A stretch of 64,000 nucleotides of DNA from Chiloscyllium plagiosum (lineage: Eukaryota), in contig NC_057720.1 of assembly GCF_004010195.1 (NCBI RefSeq), positions 15,895,397-15,959,396 on the forward strand, given 5' to 3'. Positions 51,494-64,000 of this stretch are shown here, piece after piece; within the stretch, counting starts at the first letter, position 1; each line of letters opens with the position of its first letter. The translations under genes and the position numbers were made by a program. Below the pieces are notes generated by a model, which made no database searches, was not told the DNA's origin, and saw only the letters and a program-made list of their open reading frames with translations.

Positions 51494-52114
51494 TATACAC
51501 AGTAAGTGGTCCCATTAGCTGCCTAGCTTTCCTCAAGAAGCACTCAATCAGTGCAACAGAGAGCTGTCAGGAGACACACGCAGCCAGGGTTATCCTTTGA
51601 CATGCCCTAGTTTGACAAGGCAGCTCAAAACAGTTGGGGTCAAAACGTGTGCCTCTGATCTCCAGCGTCTGCAGTCCCCACTTTCCCCGATGAAACAGTT
51701 GATCATTGCGGTATATATCGACAGTTTCCCAGTAACTCCTCTCGTGATTGTCTTCGAGAATCATAGAATCAAACAGTACAGAAGATGGCCTTCACCCCAT
51801 TGGGTCTCCTCCAATAAAAAAATGACTTTAAATCTACAATAGTCCCATTTTCAGCACCTAGCCCAGACCCTTGAATGTTACACCATTTCAACTGCTCATC
51901 CAAGTTAAGTGGTGAAGGTGTGAAAGGTTGTGAGGTTTCCTGCCTCAAATACCCTCCCAGACAGCACATTCCAGATTCACACCATCCTCTGGGAGATAAC
52001 ATTTTCCCTTGTATCCCCTCGAAACCTCTAACCTTTTGTCATAAAATTCTGACTCTTCGGTATTGACCTTTCAACTCAGTGGAACATCTGCTTTCCACCC
52101 ACCTTTCCTTTTCC

Positions 52115-52447
52115 ATAGAATCCCTACAGTATACCATTTGGCCCACCAAGTCCACACTGACCCTCCAAAGAGCATCCCACCCAAGTCCTGACCCTATAAT
52201 CTGCATTTCTCCTGGCTACTCCGTTAGCCTACACCATCTCTGGACACTGTGGGCAATTAAGCGTGGCCAATTCATCTAATCTTCACATTTTTGGACTGTG
52301 GGAGGAAGCCGAAGCACCCAAAGGAAACACACGCAGACACAGGGAGAATGTGAAAACTCCACACAGACTGTCATCCAATGCTGGAATTGAACCCAGGTCC
52401 CTGGTGCTGTGAGGCAACAGTGCTAACTACTGAACCACCGTGCCACC
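52115..52447 (-). mobile_element. HE1-like SINE inside an old CR1 fragment (about 51760-52600)
   Basis: Minus-strand head GGTGGCACGGTGGTTCAGTAGTTAGCACTG. Confidence 0.85.
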
Positions 52448-52619
52448 TATTTGCCCCTCATAATCTTGTGCATCTCAATCAGGTCTCCTCTTAGCCTTCT
52501 TTAAAGAAAACAATCCAGCTGTCCCTCTTCATAACTAAACTGCTCCGTGCCAAACACATCCCAGTGAATTTCCTCCAGTGTAATCACATCCTTCCTATAG
52601 TGCAGGAAGTGCACACAGT

Positions 52620-54250
52620 AGAGAGTCGTAGAGTTATAGAGATATACAGCACGGAAACAGACCCTTCAGTCCATGCCGACCAGATATCTGAAACAGATCT
52701 AGTTCCATTTGCCGACATTTGGCCCATATCCCTCCAAACCCTTCCTATTCATATACCCAGCCAGATGCCTTTTAAATGTTGTTATTGTAACAGCCTCCAC
52801 CATTACCTCTGGCAGCTCATTCAACACACGCATCATCCTCTGCGTGAAAAAGTTGCCCCTTAGCTCCCTATTAAATCTTTCCCCTTGCACACTAAACATA
52901 TGCCCTCTAGTCCTGACCAACACAGGGAACAGACCTTGTCTATTTATCCATTCCATGGCCCTCATGATTTTATAAACTTCTATAAGGTCACCCCTCAGCC
53001 TCTGACACTCCAGAAAAAACAGCCCCAGCCTATTCAGCCTCTTCCTATAGTTCAAACCTTCCAACCCTTGAACTCTTTCAAGTTTCACATCATCCATCCT
53101 ATAGAAGAGAGACCAAAACTGCACACAATATTTCAAATGTGGCCTAACCAATGTCCTGTACAGCCACAATATGACGTCCCAACTCATATACTCAATGTTC
53201 TGACCAACAAAGGCAAGCATACCAAATACCTTCTTCACTACCCTATCTACATGTGGGTGGCACAGTGGATAGCACTGCTGCCTCACAGCCCTAGGCTCGA
53301 TTCCAGCCTTGGGCGACTGTCTGTGTGGAGTTTGCACATTCTCCCTGTGTCTGCGTGGGTTTCCTCCCACAGTCCAAAGACGTGCAGGTCAGGTGAATTG
53401 GCCATTGTAAAATTGCCCATAGTGCTGGGCGCATTAGTCAGAGGGAAATGGGTCTGGGTGGGTTACTCTTCGGAGGGTCGGTGTGGACTTTTTGGGCCGG
53501 AGGGCCTGTTTCCGCACTGTAGGGAATCTAATCTACCTGTGACTCTACGTTCAAGGAACTATGTACCTGCACTCTAAGGTCTCTTTGTTCAACAACACTC
53601 CCCATGATCTTACCATTAAGTGTATAAATCCTGCTCTGATTTGCCTTTCCAAAATACAGCACTTTACATTTATCTAAGCTAAACTCCATCTGCCACTCCT
53701 CAGCCCATTGCAAGGTCCCATTATACTCTGAGGTAACCTTCTTCGCTGTCCACTACACCTCATATTTTGGTGTCACCTGCAAACTTACTAACTATACCTT
53801 CTACATTCACATCCAAGTTATTTGTATAAATGACAAAAACCATTGAACCCAGAACTGATCCTTATGACACACCACTGGTCACAGGCCTCCAGTCTGAAGA
53901 GCAACTCTCCTCCACCACCACACTCTGTCTTCTATCTTTAGCCAGTTTTGTATCCAAATGGTAGTTCTCCCTGTATTCCATGTAATCTTGCTCACCATTC
54001 TCCCATGAGGAAACTAGTCAAACACCTTACTGAACTGCGTATAGATCACGTCCACCACTTTGCCCTCAAAAATCCTCTTTGTTAGTTCGTCAAAAAACTC
54101 TATCAAGTTAGTGAGATGTGAATTCCCACACAGAAAGCCATGTTGACTATCTCTAATTAGTGCTTGTCTTCCCAAATGCATGCAAATCCAGTCCCTCAGA
54201 ATTCCCTCCAATAACTTGCCCACCACCGATGTCAGGCTCTCTGGTCTATA
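52620..54250 (-). mobile_element. CR1/HER1 LINE RT to 3' end
   Basis: YRPESLTSVVGKLLE..QHGFL, WQMEFSLDKCKVLYFG and RPHLKYCVQFWS. Confidence 0.9.
53256..53530 (+). mobile_element. HE1-like SINE inserted in CR1 with 11-bp TSD
   Basis: ATCTACATGTG / ATCTACCTGTG at 53245-53255 and 53531-53541. Confidence 0.88.
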
Positions 54251-54309
54251 ATACTCCAGCTGTGTCCAAACTGAAGTCCTGTACAGTTCCTCCCTGCTCT
54301 TGTAAACCC

Positions 54310-56750
54310 TGATCAAACCTTGCCTGTCTTATGGAGATTACATCTCTCCTTTTGGATTTTCTCCGTTAGTTTCCCTATCACTGATGTGAGCCTCACTGTT
54401 CTGTAATTCCCTGGTACATCAATACCGCCCTTCTTGAAAATTGGAACAACATTAGCTGTCCTCCTCTCCACCAGTCCTCTGGACAGAGAGGAATTCACCA
54501 CTTGATCAGAGCCCATGTAATTTTCTCCCTTATCTCTCACACAGCAGCCTGGGATAAAGCACATCCAGATCTGAGGAGCTTTCCACTTTTAAACCTGCCA
54601 AAACCTCCTCACTCCCTACGTCAAACTGATCAAGAACCTCAAAGTCCTGCTTCCCAAATTCTGTACTTGCATCATCCTTTTCCCAGGTAAAGACAGATGT
54701 GAGGTATTCAGTTTACACTCTATCTATGTCATCCAGTTCCAGGCACAAATTGCCCCCTTGGTCTCTCATGGCCCCTACACTTTCCTGGTTATTCTCTTTC
54801 CATTGATATGCTTATAGAATATCTTGTGATTCTCCCTAATCTCACCCACCACTATGTTTCATGCCCCTCCTTGCTTTCCTAGTTGCTTCCTTAAGATCCC
54901 CCTGTACTTTACATTGGGTCTCTGCTGTTTTGCTCCCATTGTATATATTAAAAGGTGTCTCTTTTCCTTCATCCAAACCTGAATACTCTTAGACACCAAG
55001 GGTCCTCTGGAATTGTTGCTCCTACGTTTCCTCCTAAAGGAACATTTGGGTCTGTACACTCACCAATTCTGTTTTGAATCACAATCACTCCCTCCCCCCA
55101 CCCCCACCCCCACTCCCACCCCCAGCCCTGTTCTGATGTAGATTTACCCTGAAGTATTCATTCCCACTCCATTTTAATAAATAACGGCTTTTCCCCAATC
55201 CAAAGCATTTTTGTTGCAGACCTTCTTTCTCCTTTTCCATAACAAACTTAAAACGTACGGTGTTGTGTTTCCTATCACTAGAATCTACTCCCACACTGTC
55301 ACCTCAAACCTCTCTCCAGCTTCATTCCCCAGAACTAGGTCCAGAACTATACTCTCCCCTGAAAGACTATCTACAAATTGGTATAAAAATCTCTCCTGAA
55401 TATATTTTTGAGAAATCAGTTCCCTCTACATCTATGACTATCCCAATTCATGTTGGGGAGGTTTAAATTATGATTTCTCCATCATTACACACCTCAGTGA
55501 ATCATTTACAAATCTGCTGTTATATTCCCCGCTGACTGTTTGGGAATGTATATTACACTCGCAGCAGTGTGACTGCCACCTTTTTATTCCTAAGGTCTAC
55601 CAACAGAGCCTGATTTGAAGACCCTTCCAAGATACTATCCATCTTTATTGCAGTAACTGACTCCTTAATTAATATTGCAATACCATTTTTACCCCTTCCT
55701 CTGTTCTGCCTGAAGATCTTATATTCCGGAATGTGGAGTTACCAGTCCTGACACGTCCTCATCTCCATCTCTGTGAGCATAACAACATCAGAATTCCATA
55801 TCAATCATACACTGAAATTATCTGCCTTCCCTATAATACTCCTAGCATTTAAGTAGAGACCATCCAACCTTGCCTCACCCCCTTGAAACTCTCTCTCATT
55901 TGGTAAAGTATGCTGGGTCCCTATTGTAACCCTATTGTAACTCTGTGACCCCTCCCACTACTGAGCTCGTTTAAAATCCTCCCAACAACTCGGAATCCAC
56001 CCACAAGGATGTTTATCTGATTCTGGCTCGGGTACAGGACCCACCTTCCTTAGAAATGGCCCCCATGATCCAGGAATCTGAGCTCTCCCTACTGCACCAA
56101 ATCTAGAGCCACGCATTCATCTGTTCTATTCTCCTATTTCTGTACTCACTAGCACCGGGTGTCATTCAAGATTCTTCTCTTTAATCTATTGCCTAACTCC
56201 TTGATACAAGACTCATTCTGCCTATTTCAGTGATACTCAGGTGAACCACAATCTGTCTTATTGTCCTCCCCCTTTAGGATGCCCATAAAACTGCTCAGTG
56301 GTGTTCGTGACTGGCACCTGAGAAGCAGCACATCATCCTGGAGTCATGTCTGTAGCCACAGAAATGGCTGTCTGGTTCCCCTAACGAACAAACTCTGTAT
56401 CAGGATTGTTCCTGCTTTCTTCTTCCGCCCCTCATGTACAGTCAGGCTGCTTGTGGTGCCAGAAACCTGGCTCTGTCTGCACTCTGTTGAGGTAGCAGTG
56501 CCTTCCTCAGCTTCCAGAATGGGTACCCGATTTTGGGGGTGGGGCCATGGGGGGGACTACCTGCCTGTTTCTCTTTGACTGTCTGGCGGACAACCATTCC
56601 CTTCTTTCCTCCACTGCCTTGAGCCGCAGTGGGACCATCTCACTAAACAGTGCTATCCATGTAACCCTCAGCCTCGCTGCTGTGCTGCACGGTCTCCAAA
56701 CTCCACTCAAGCTCTGAAACCTGGAACTCAAGTTTCTGTACAAAGTATAA
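54310..56750 (-). mobile_element. Old CR1 LINE 5'/central part (ORF1 and APE remnants)
   Basis: ANVVPIFKKG..PGNYRTVRLTSVIGKL and SDRKHNTVRF. The ORF1-like region at 56260-56730 is similar to 25130-25600. Confidence 0.75.
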
Positions 56751-59700
56751 AGTGACAATGTAGTGTGAGAATGATTAGGGTCATAGGTAGCTGCAGCATA
56801 ATAATCAAAAGGTATAATTAACCAATGAAATAATCATGTTGCAAAAGTTATTTTATATTCTTTGTCCAAGTCTAGGAGGAAGAATGAACATTAGTTAGTT
56901 AGTTGAATATTTACCCCCAGCTGTTATAGCGAGCTGAGTGATTTTCGGAAAGCACAATGGTGTTCAATTTGAAATGGAGTAAATTGGCAGAGTTTAATTT
57001 GGTGGTATTTTGAGGACTATAAAAGTGTCAAATTGAATCCCTCATTAATTTCCAGCTAGGACACATACTTCTTCACCATCATTAACTAACACAAGCATAG
57101 ATGAAAAAGATACCATCATGGATTCGTACACATCTTTTGTCAATTTGTAGCTGAAGGAGCAGTAAGTTGTCTAACCTTAAATAGGTTATTTTTTTCCTTA
57201 ACACTTTTTTATTTTAATGAGATTACACTTTGTCACAGTCTTGAATTCTGATGGTTAGACAGCTATATTAAATTGCTAAAAAAAAAGCAGCTTGGAAAGC
57301 TTCTCCACAATAAAGCTGCTGCTTTTTATGTATTCAACCTTTTTGTAAATTCCTTAAATTATTGATGCAAGTGTCAGCTACTGTCAAAACATGCGTAACA
57401 ATGTGAACAGTAGACAACTGTCAATTCTACCACTGAGTCTCGTGTCTTGTGTATAGCTCGCTTAAAAAATAATTTGAAGATTAGAGGTTGCAACAACAAA
57501 AAGTAGAATGAACTCAGTATTCCAAGAGGCATCCTCCAACTCTTCATGATAGGAAATGTACAGCTATTTATGAGGAAGTAATTATTTCTATGCATGTTGC
57601 AAGAGCACTGAAATTGAATGAACCTTTTCATCAATAAATGAATTATACTTAGAAGTGTCAGAATAAAGATATTTTAATTACTATCCAGTTCAACTGGTCT
57701 ATTTTGTGCAATGACATAACCACTAAATGAAGACAGATTGATGTTCTATGCCCACATGCAGGTGAAAACTGTGATCTGATGATATTAGATTAGATTAGAT
57801 TACTTACAGTGTGGAAACAGTCTTTTATCCATCCCCTTATAACTGTGTCCCTTTTTTACGTCCTTCTTTCTGAATGCAAGTAAATGTGCATTTGCAATGG
57901 AAACAGGTTTACCATGTCTGTTCAAGAGCATCATCAACCAGGCTTGAAATGAATTGGAATAGATGTGGGACAAATAGGCTACTCTGCCAGAAACAAATTT
58001 ATTCAATAGGGCCCTGATATTATTTTCATATTTTCTCTTCCTACTGATGTTTCATGCTAATCAAAAGACAGACTTACATTTATATAGAGTTTTTCATGGA
58101 TACTGGATGTCAAAATGTGTTTTCTGCCAGAGGAAGTACTTTCAAATTGTCATGACTTACTGTCATTTACAAAATAAGTGACCATGCATGCAAACAAATT
58201 ACAACTCAAGATAATTCAAGCTTATTACTTAAAAATGCGCCTGCATCGCCCATCATGATCTGATGAGGCAGAGTGAGGGGTGGGGTGGTCGAATCTTTTG
58301 ACCCCACCTTCGAATGCAAAACATACTTCCTTTGTCCCTTCTGGGGCGTAGCTATCTCACACTATAATTAAAACAGAATCCTTGTCAAAGTAAAGGAGTT
58401 AATTACAAGATTTCCCTGAGTGAAAGAAAGAGGAATTTCATTAGTTATTAACCTTGAGGACAATATAGTCCCAAAAAATCGCAGCAAAGTTGATTGGTGT
58501 GTGTCAGGGTGATGTGAAAGTCCCCACACTCTAACTCGGTGAGAATTATTCGGAAAGTTGAAATCTCCTCAGTGTATTTACTCTCCACAACCCTTTGAAA
58601 CAAATCCCCAATTCTAAGTTAGGGATGGAAATTCCAGAGTGTTCCATCTTCCTGATGCTGAATAGTTACATAGGAGAAACAGAGGATTAGAAACCTATTC
58701 CATCTCTTGATTAACTATTACATGAACCTCAGCCTCGCCATTAAGCCCCCACAGATATAACATCCCCCAAATCCATCTCCATCACATTTTGACCCTCCAT
58801 CTCCAACCTCGACTATTCCTGCTGCATCTAAAACCCTCCTCCAGGTCTCACCTTCTCCCCCAGCGCCCACACCTCCACCCCCTCCAATAACAGGATCCAA
58901 ATTCCATCCCCAGAACTGACCCCTCCAACGCAAAACTCAACACACTCCCCAACTCATTGGCACACTCCCAATCCAGTCCTGGTGGTCACGCCATACCCCT
59001 CAAAGCACAGCTCACTCAAACCCGACACACCCCTGACCCGAAGTTTTGGTCGACCATAACTGTCATTCTAGTCCTTTAGACCCCTCTCCCACCTACCCTC
59101 ATAGTCCACTACCATCTGGCATCCTATCCCAACCACCTCACCACCGTATCCCTCCACAACCTGGCTCCCTATTCCCCTACCTTCCGACTCAGCTGTGACA
59201 CCACATGTACGATTCCCTTCCCTTAGTTTTTTAAAGAGGCCACAGGAGCCTGAAATTGCAGAACACTGCACATTCTGCTAAAAAGCTGGATTTAATCACA
59301 TTGCTGATTTCCCAGTTTGTGTGGATCATTGGATTGCCCAAGACAGCTTCAAAAGGCTGCTGGTAATCGATGGGGGAAATCTCATTTAAATGTGAATGCC
59401 TATTTTTTTGCAAATTGGAAATTTCTTTTGAATCCTGATTGCAAAATCTGGGCTGACAAAATGTTACACTTAACACTCCACAAAAGTATTCATAAAGTAT
59501 AAACAGGTAAGAGTGTCTAGTACAACAAGGAAATTCAAGAATAAATAATTTAATAAGTTCTCGGAGGCCTTGAATTGTTTTAGTTGAACTTGAGATTATA
59601 GCTGCAGAGAATTTTGCAAAATTCTCGAAGTTCTTGGCAAGTGGATGTTTCTCTGATTTGTTTCAGTACCAGTGTTGGCTTTCCAGATGTTGAGGAGAAA

Positions 59701-59924
59701 GCAGGGAGGGAGGGGTAGAGTGATAGAAAAAGGGTGTGCCGTACATTTTATTCGAAATTTAGTTTTGTTTCTCTCTAGTCTTTGCCTGAAAGAGTTCAGT
59801 TGTGTATTCCCATGATTAGTATCATTGTTTCTCCTAAACTAGATAAGCCGTACAGGACTTTTGTCTCACAACACAAAACATCCACATAGGAGGAACTCAA
59901 ACTAGGAGACTAGATATCTTCGCC

Positions 59925-61770
59925 CTTAGAATCATGGAGTCATAGAGATGTACAGCACAGAAACAGACCCTTCAGTCCAACTCATCCATGCTGACCAGAT
60001 ATCCTAACCCAATCTAGTCCCACCTGCCAGGACCCGGCCCATATCCCTCCAAACCCTTCCTGTTCATATATCCATCCAGATGCCTTTTAAATGTTGCAAT
60101 TGTACCAGCCTCCACCACTTCCTCTGGCAGCTCATTCCACACACGCACCATCCTCTGTGTGAAAAAGTTGCCTCTTAGGTCTCTTTTATATCTTTCCCCT
60201 CTCACCCTAAACCTATGCCCTCTAGTTCTGGACTCCCCCACCCCAGGGAAAAGACCTTGTCTATTTACCCTATCCATGCCCCTCATGATTTTACAAACCT
60301 CTGTAAGGTCACCCCTCAGCCTCCGACACTCCAGGGAAAACAGCCCCAGCTTATTCAACCTCTCCCTATAGCTCAAGTCCTCCAACTCTGGCAACATTCT
60401 AGTAAATCTTTTCTGAACCCTTTCAAGTATTACAACATCTTTCTGATAGGAAGGAGACCAGAATTGCACACAATATTCCAACAGTGGCCTAACCAATGTC
60501 CTGTAGAGCCTCAACATGACCTCCCAACTCCTTTACTCAATACTCTGACCAATAAAGGAAAGTATACCAAATGCCTTCTTCATTATCCTATCTACCTGCG
60601 ACTCCACTTTTAAGGAGATATGAACCTACACACCAAGGTCTCTTTGTTCAGCAACACTCCCTAGGATCTTACCATTAAGTGCATAAGTCCTGCTAAGATT
60701 TGCTTTCCCAAAATGCAGCACCTCACATTTATCTAAATTAAACTCCATCTGCCACTCCTCAGCCCATTGGCCTATCTGATCAAGATCCTAATGAAATCCA
60801 AGGTAACCTTCTTTGCTGTCCACTGCACCTCCAATTTTGGTGTCATCTGCAAACTTACTAACTATGCCTCTCATGCTCACATCCAAATCATTTATATAAA
60901 TGATGAAAGGTAGTGGACCCAGCACCGATCCTTGTGGCACTCCATTGGTCATAAGCCTCCAGTCTGAAAAACAACCCTCCACTACCACCCTCTGTATTCT
61001 ACCTTTGAGCCAGTTCTGTATCCAAATGGCTAGCTCTCCCTATATTTCATGAGATCTAACCTTGTTAACCAGTCTCCCATGGGGAACCTTGTTGAATGCC
61101 TTACTGAGGTCTACATAGATCACATCTACTGCTCTGCCCTCATCAATCCCCTTTGTTAATTCTTCAAAAAACTCAAGCAATTTTGTGAGACATGATTTTC
61201 CACGCACAAAGCCATGTTGCCTATCCCTAATCAGTCCTTGCCTTTCCAAATACATGTAAATCCTGTCCCTCAGGATTCTTCCAACACTTTTCCATCACTG
61301 AGGTCAGGCTCACTGGTCTATAGTTCCCTGGCTTGTCCTTACCACCACGTTAGCCAACCTTCAGTCTTCTGTTAGCTCACCGACAAGTTGGACGGAAGAG
61401 TCTGTTTCTGTGCTGTACATCTCTATGACTCTATGACTCTAAGGGTTAAGATATCTAGTCTCCTAGTTTGAGTTCCTCCTTAGTGGAAGTTTTGTGTTGT
61501 GAGACAAATCGATAATACAAATATCTTTAGCTTCCCACAGAGTTCTAGGGTACACCTGATCAGGTCCTGGGGATTTATGCACTTTAATGTGTTTCAAGAC
61601 ATCCAGCACTTGCTCCTCTGTAATATGGACATTTTTCAAGATGTCACCATCTATTTCCCTACATTCTATATCTTCCATGTCCTTCTCCACAGCAAACACT
61701 GATGCAAAATACTCGTTTAGTATCTCCTCCATCTCTTGCGCCTCCACACAAAGGCCACCTTGCTGATCTT
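59925..61770 (-). mobile_element. CR1/HER1 LINE ORF2 fragment (5'-truncated) with an internal templated insertion
   Basis: EILNEYFASVF, KSPGPDQVYP, QHGFVRGKSCLT, GVPQGSVLGP..YINDLD..KFADDTK and a 167-aa C-terminal ORF. Confidence 0.93.
61386..61508 (-). repeat. Inverted copy of 59860-59982 (LINE tail plus unique flank)
   Basis: 123 bp with about 9 mismatches by manual alignment. Confidence 0.92.
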
Positions 61771-63351
61771 TGAGTGCCTTGACTGAATGCCTTTAATAAG
61801 ATACTAATTTCAACTCAAATTGTCTTTGTTTAGCTCACATTGATTTCATGAGCTTGGCGCAACATGGTCAGGTGACCACTTAAGTCAATGCTTTTTCCCC
61901 TTTTAAAACCATTTTAATCCATGAAAGGTCTCAAGTATTAAAACCAGATGATGGAAGTTAAAAATTGGTCACCCTGATTTTATCACTTTTGTGGCATTAC
62001 CATTATTGCCTATTTGTTCAGGAGATTACCTTCATCTGCTTACATACCATCAGGTAATAAATGACAGGTTCAGTAAATGCATTTTAAAGCATTGGAGTTG
62101 GTATTTCTTTGACCAATAATTAATTGTGGGGCAATTGGAAACATTTGTGCAAAAGAGGAATAAAGTTTTGCTTTTTATCACTTCTGTGGAGGACTTAAGG
62201 ATGTCAAATTAAGTTTGTCATATAAATGCTAATTGCTGTTGTTAAAACCAGAAAGACAGTAACTTAAATAGACTATGTCTGCTGAACAGTTCACCAGTCA
62301 AGTATGAATTCACACCAAATGGGCCAACAGCCCCAAAATAAATTTGCTAAATGCACAAAAGAGTCATATTCTTTATATGCTTCTTAGACAGGATTAAAGG
62401 TTCTTTCAGTAACTACATTTCAAAATTGGTTAGAAAGTACTTTCAAGCATTCGAGGTCTCAAAATACTATATTTCAAATGCAAGTCTTCCATTTCCTTCC
62501 ATATCAAAAATTAGAAAGGGGCTTAGTTGACTTGAAATGGTTATTTCATTTTGAACTGAAGGTGAAGTTTTTTATTATAATAAATCATGACAAGTTGCCT
62601 TAAAATACATGAATGTACAGTACCGAGGTTTAAACAACCCATAGGGTCTGAAGAGGAACAGTATAATTCTCTGTCTTGTGAAAGTCCTCAACGAGTTGTT
62701 GATCAGACTTAATCTCCATATCAATGAAGCCCAGTCTGCCTTTGGCCTAGGTCTCAATAATCAGGACCAATCCCTGGGATATTGGACTTTGGAAGCAAAG
62801 AACTGATATTAAGACAGCCACATGAGCAAAGACACAATGTCAGGCTGAAAAAAAGGCAACTTTCTCTTTGTCAGAAGATATTAACAGAGTGGTTCGAAAA
62901 TAAATTTGACAGTGTCAAAGGTAAGCCAAGAGGAAGAGAGATTACTACCTGCTGTAGCCAAACAAACGAGAAACAATTTATCACAAATAGCTTTTTTATC
63001 AACCTTGTGAAATTGTCTCAAAATGACTTGAGAGAAAGATCGAACCTTGCTATCCAATGTTAACCAAGTATCCCCCAAATTCAGGACCAAAACCAGTCAA
63101 ATCACTGGAGGAAACAGGCACCAACAAATCATTGCCTCAGACTCATATGCCTAGTGTACTCTGTATGTCAGAAATGACACAATAAGCAATTGTATTAAGG
63201 AGTCCTTTATACTTGGGAACAAGACATTTTTTCAATTCATGTGTAATATGGATGTGCGCATCACTGACAATGTCATCATTTATTGCCCTTAATTTCCCTT
63301 GAGAGAGTTTGACTTGTTAGGGCATTTCAGAGGGCAGTTAAACACATTGAA

Positions 63352-63880
63352 ATAAGACTATAAGACATAGGAGCCCAGGTAGGCCATTCAATCCATCACC
63401 TCTGGTCTGCCATTCGGTGTGATCATGGCGGATCTGATAATCCTCAACTCCATTTTCCTGCCTTTGCCCCATTACACTTAATTCCCTTACTAATTAAATC
63501 TCAGCCTTCACAATGCCAGCCTTGTCAACCCTCAGCAGTAAAGACTTCCACAGATCCACTACTCTCTGTGAGAAGAAATTCCTCCTCATCCCTGTCTTTG
63601 ACTCTCCCACATTTACCCTCTCAATCCCACAAAGAATCCTGTATGTTTCAATAAGGTTTCCTCCCATTTTTCTAAACATCAATGAGTAAATGCTCAATCT
63701 CTTACTGAACCTCCTCTCAGAAGAAGCCCCTATTTACCCAGATCAGCTTGCTCTGCACTGCCTCCAATGCCTGTAGATCTTCCCTTGGAAAAGGGGCCCA
63801 AAACTGTTCACAGTAGATCTGACTAAAGCCTTGTACAGTTTTAAAAAGACTTGCATATTTTTAGATTCCACTCTCCTTGA
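63352..63880 (-). mobile_element. CR1-like LINE 3' fragment
   Basis: LKLYKALVR..GNLIETYRIL..RRNFFSQRVVDLWKSL. Confidence 0.8.
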
Positions 63881-63884
63881 CACA

Positions 63885-63985
63885 AAAGTTGAAAAATGTG
63901 GTGCTGGAGAAACACAGCAGGCCAGGCAGCATCCGAGGAGCAGGAGAATTGACGTTTCGGGCATAAGCTCTTCTTCAGGAATGAG
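63885..63985 (-). mobile_element. PLE pLTR with hammerhead motif
   Basis: Minus strand CTGAAGA-A-GAGC-TTAT-GCCC-GAAA-CGTC. Same family as 3407 and 7287. Confidence 0.8.
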
Positions 63986-64000
63986 GCTGCTGTGCCAAGC

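Noticed and set aside
1..64000. CRISPR array or prokaryotic defence/operon system
   Set aside because: No regularly spaced repeat-spacer array or gene-dense structure. The sequence is vertebrate repeat-rich DNA.

Overview
Repeat-dense, AT-rich vertebrate genomic DNA, almost certainly from a cartilaginous fish (inferred from the HE1-type SINEs and their HER1/CR1 partner LINEs). No intact host protein-coding gene could be recognised, and nearly all listed ORFs are decayed retroelement fragments. Contents: many CR1-clade LINE fragments (RT, APE and ORF1 SGNH-esterase pieces), Rex1-like LINE fragments, about 11 HE1-like tRNA-derived SINEs, a second SINE/LINE-tail family, two Penelope-like (PLE) GIY-YIG fragments, a Tc1/mariner-type MITE, one tRNA-Arg(CCT) gene (51421-51493, minus strand) and an 826-N assembly gap. 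The most interesting signal is a set of short PLE terminal-repeat insertions from several families. They carry minimal hammerhead-ribozyme motifs, are often fold-back hairpins centred on that motif, and are flanked by 12-16 bp target-site duplications. Other highlights are a 123-bp inverted templated insertion inside a LINE, a consensus RFX X-box, a perfect DR2 nuclear-receptor element and several unassigned candidate exons. Repeat boundaries are approximate (read by eye).
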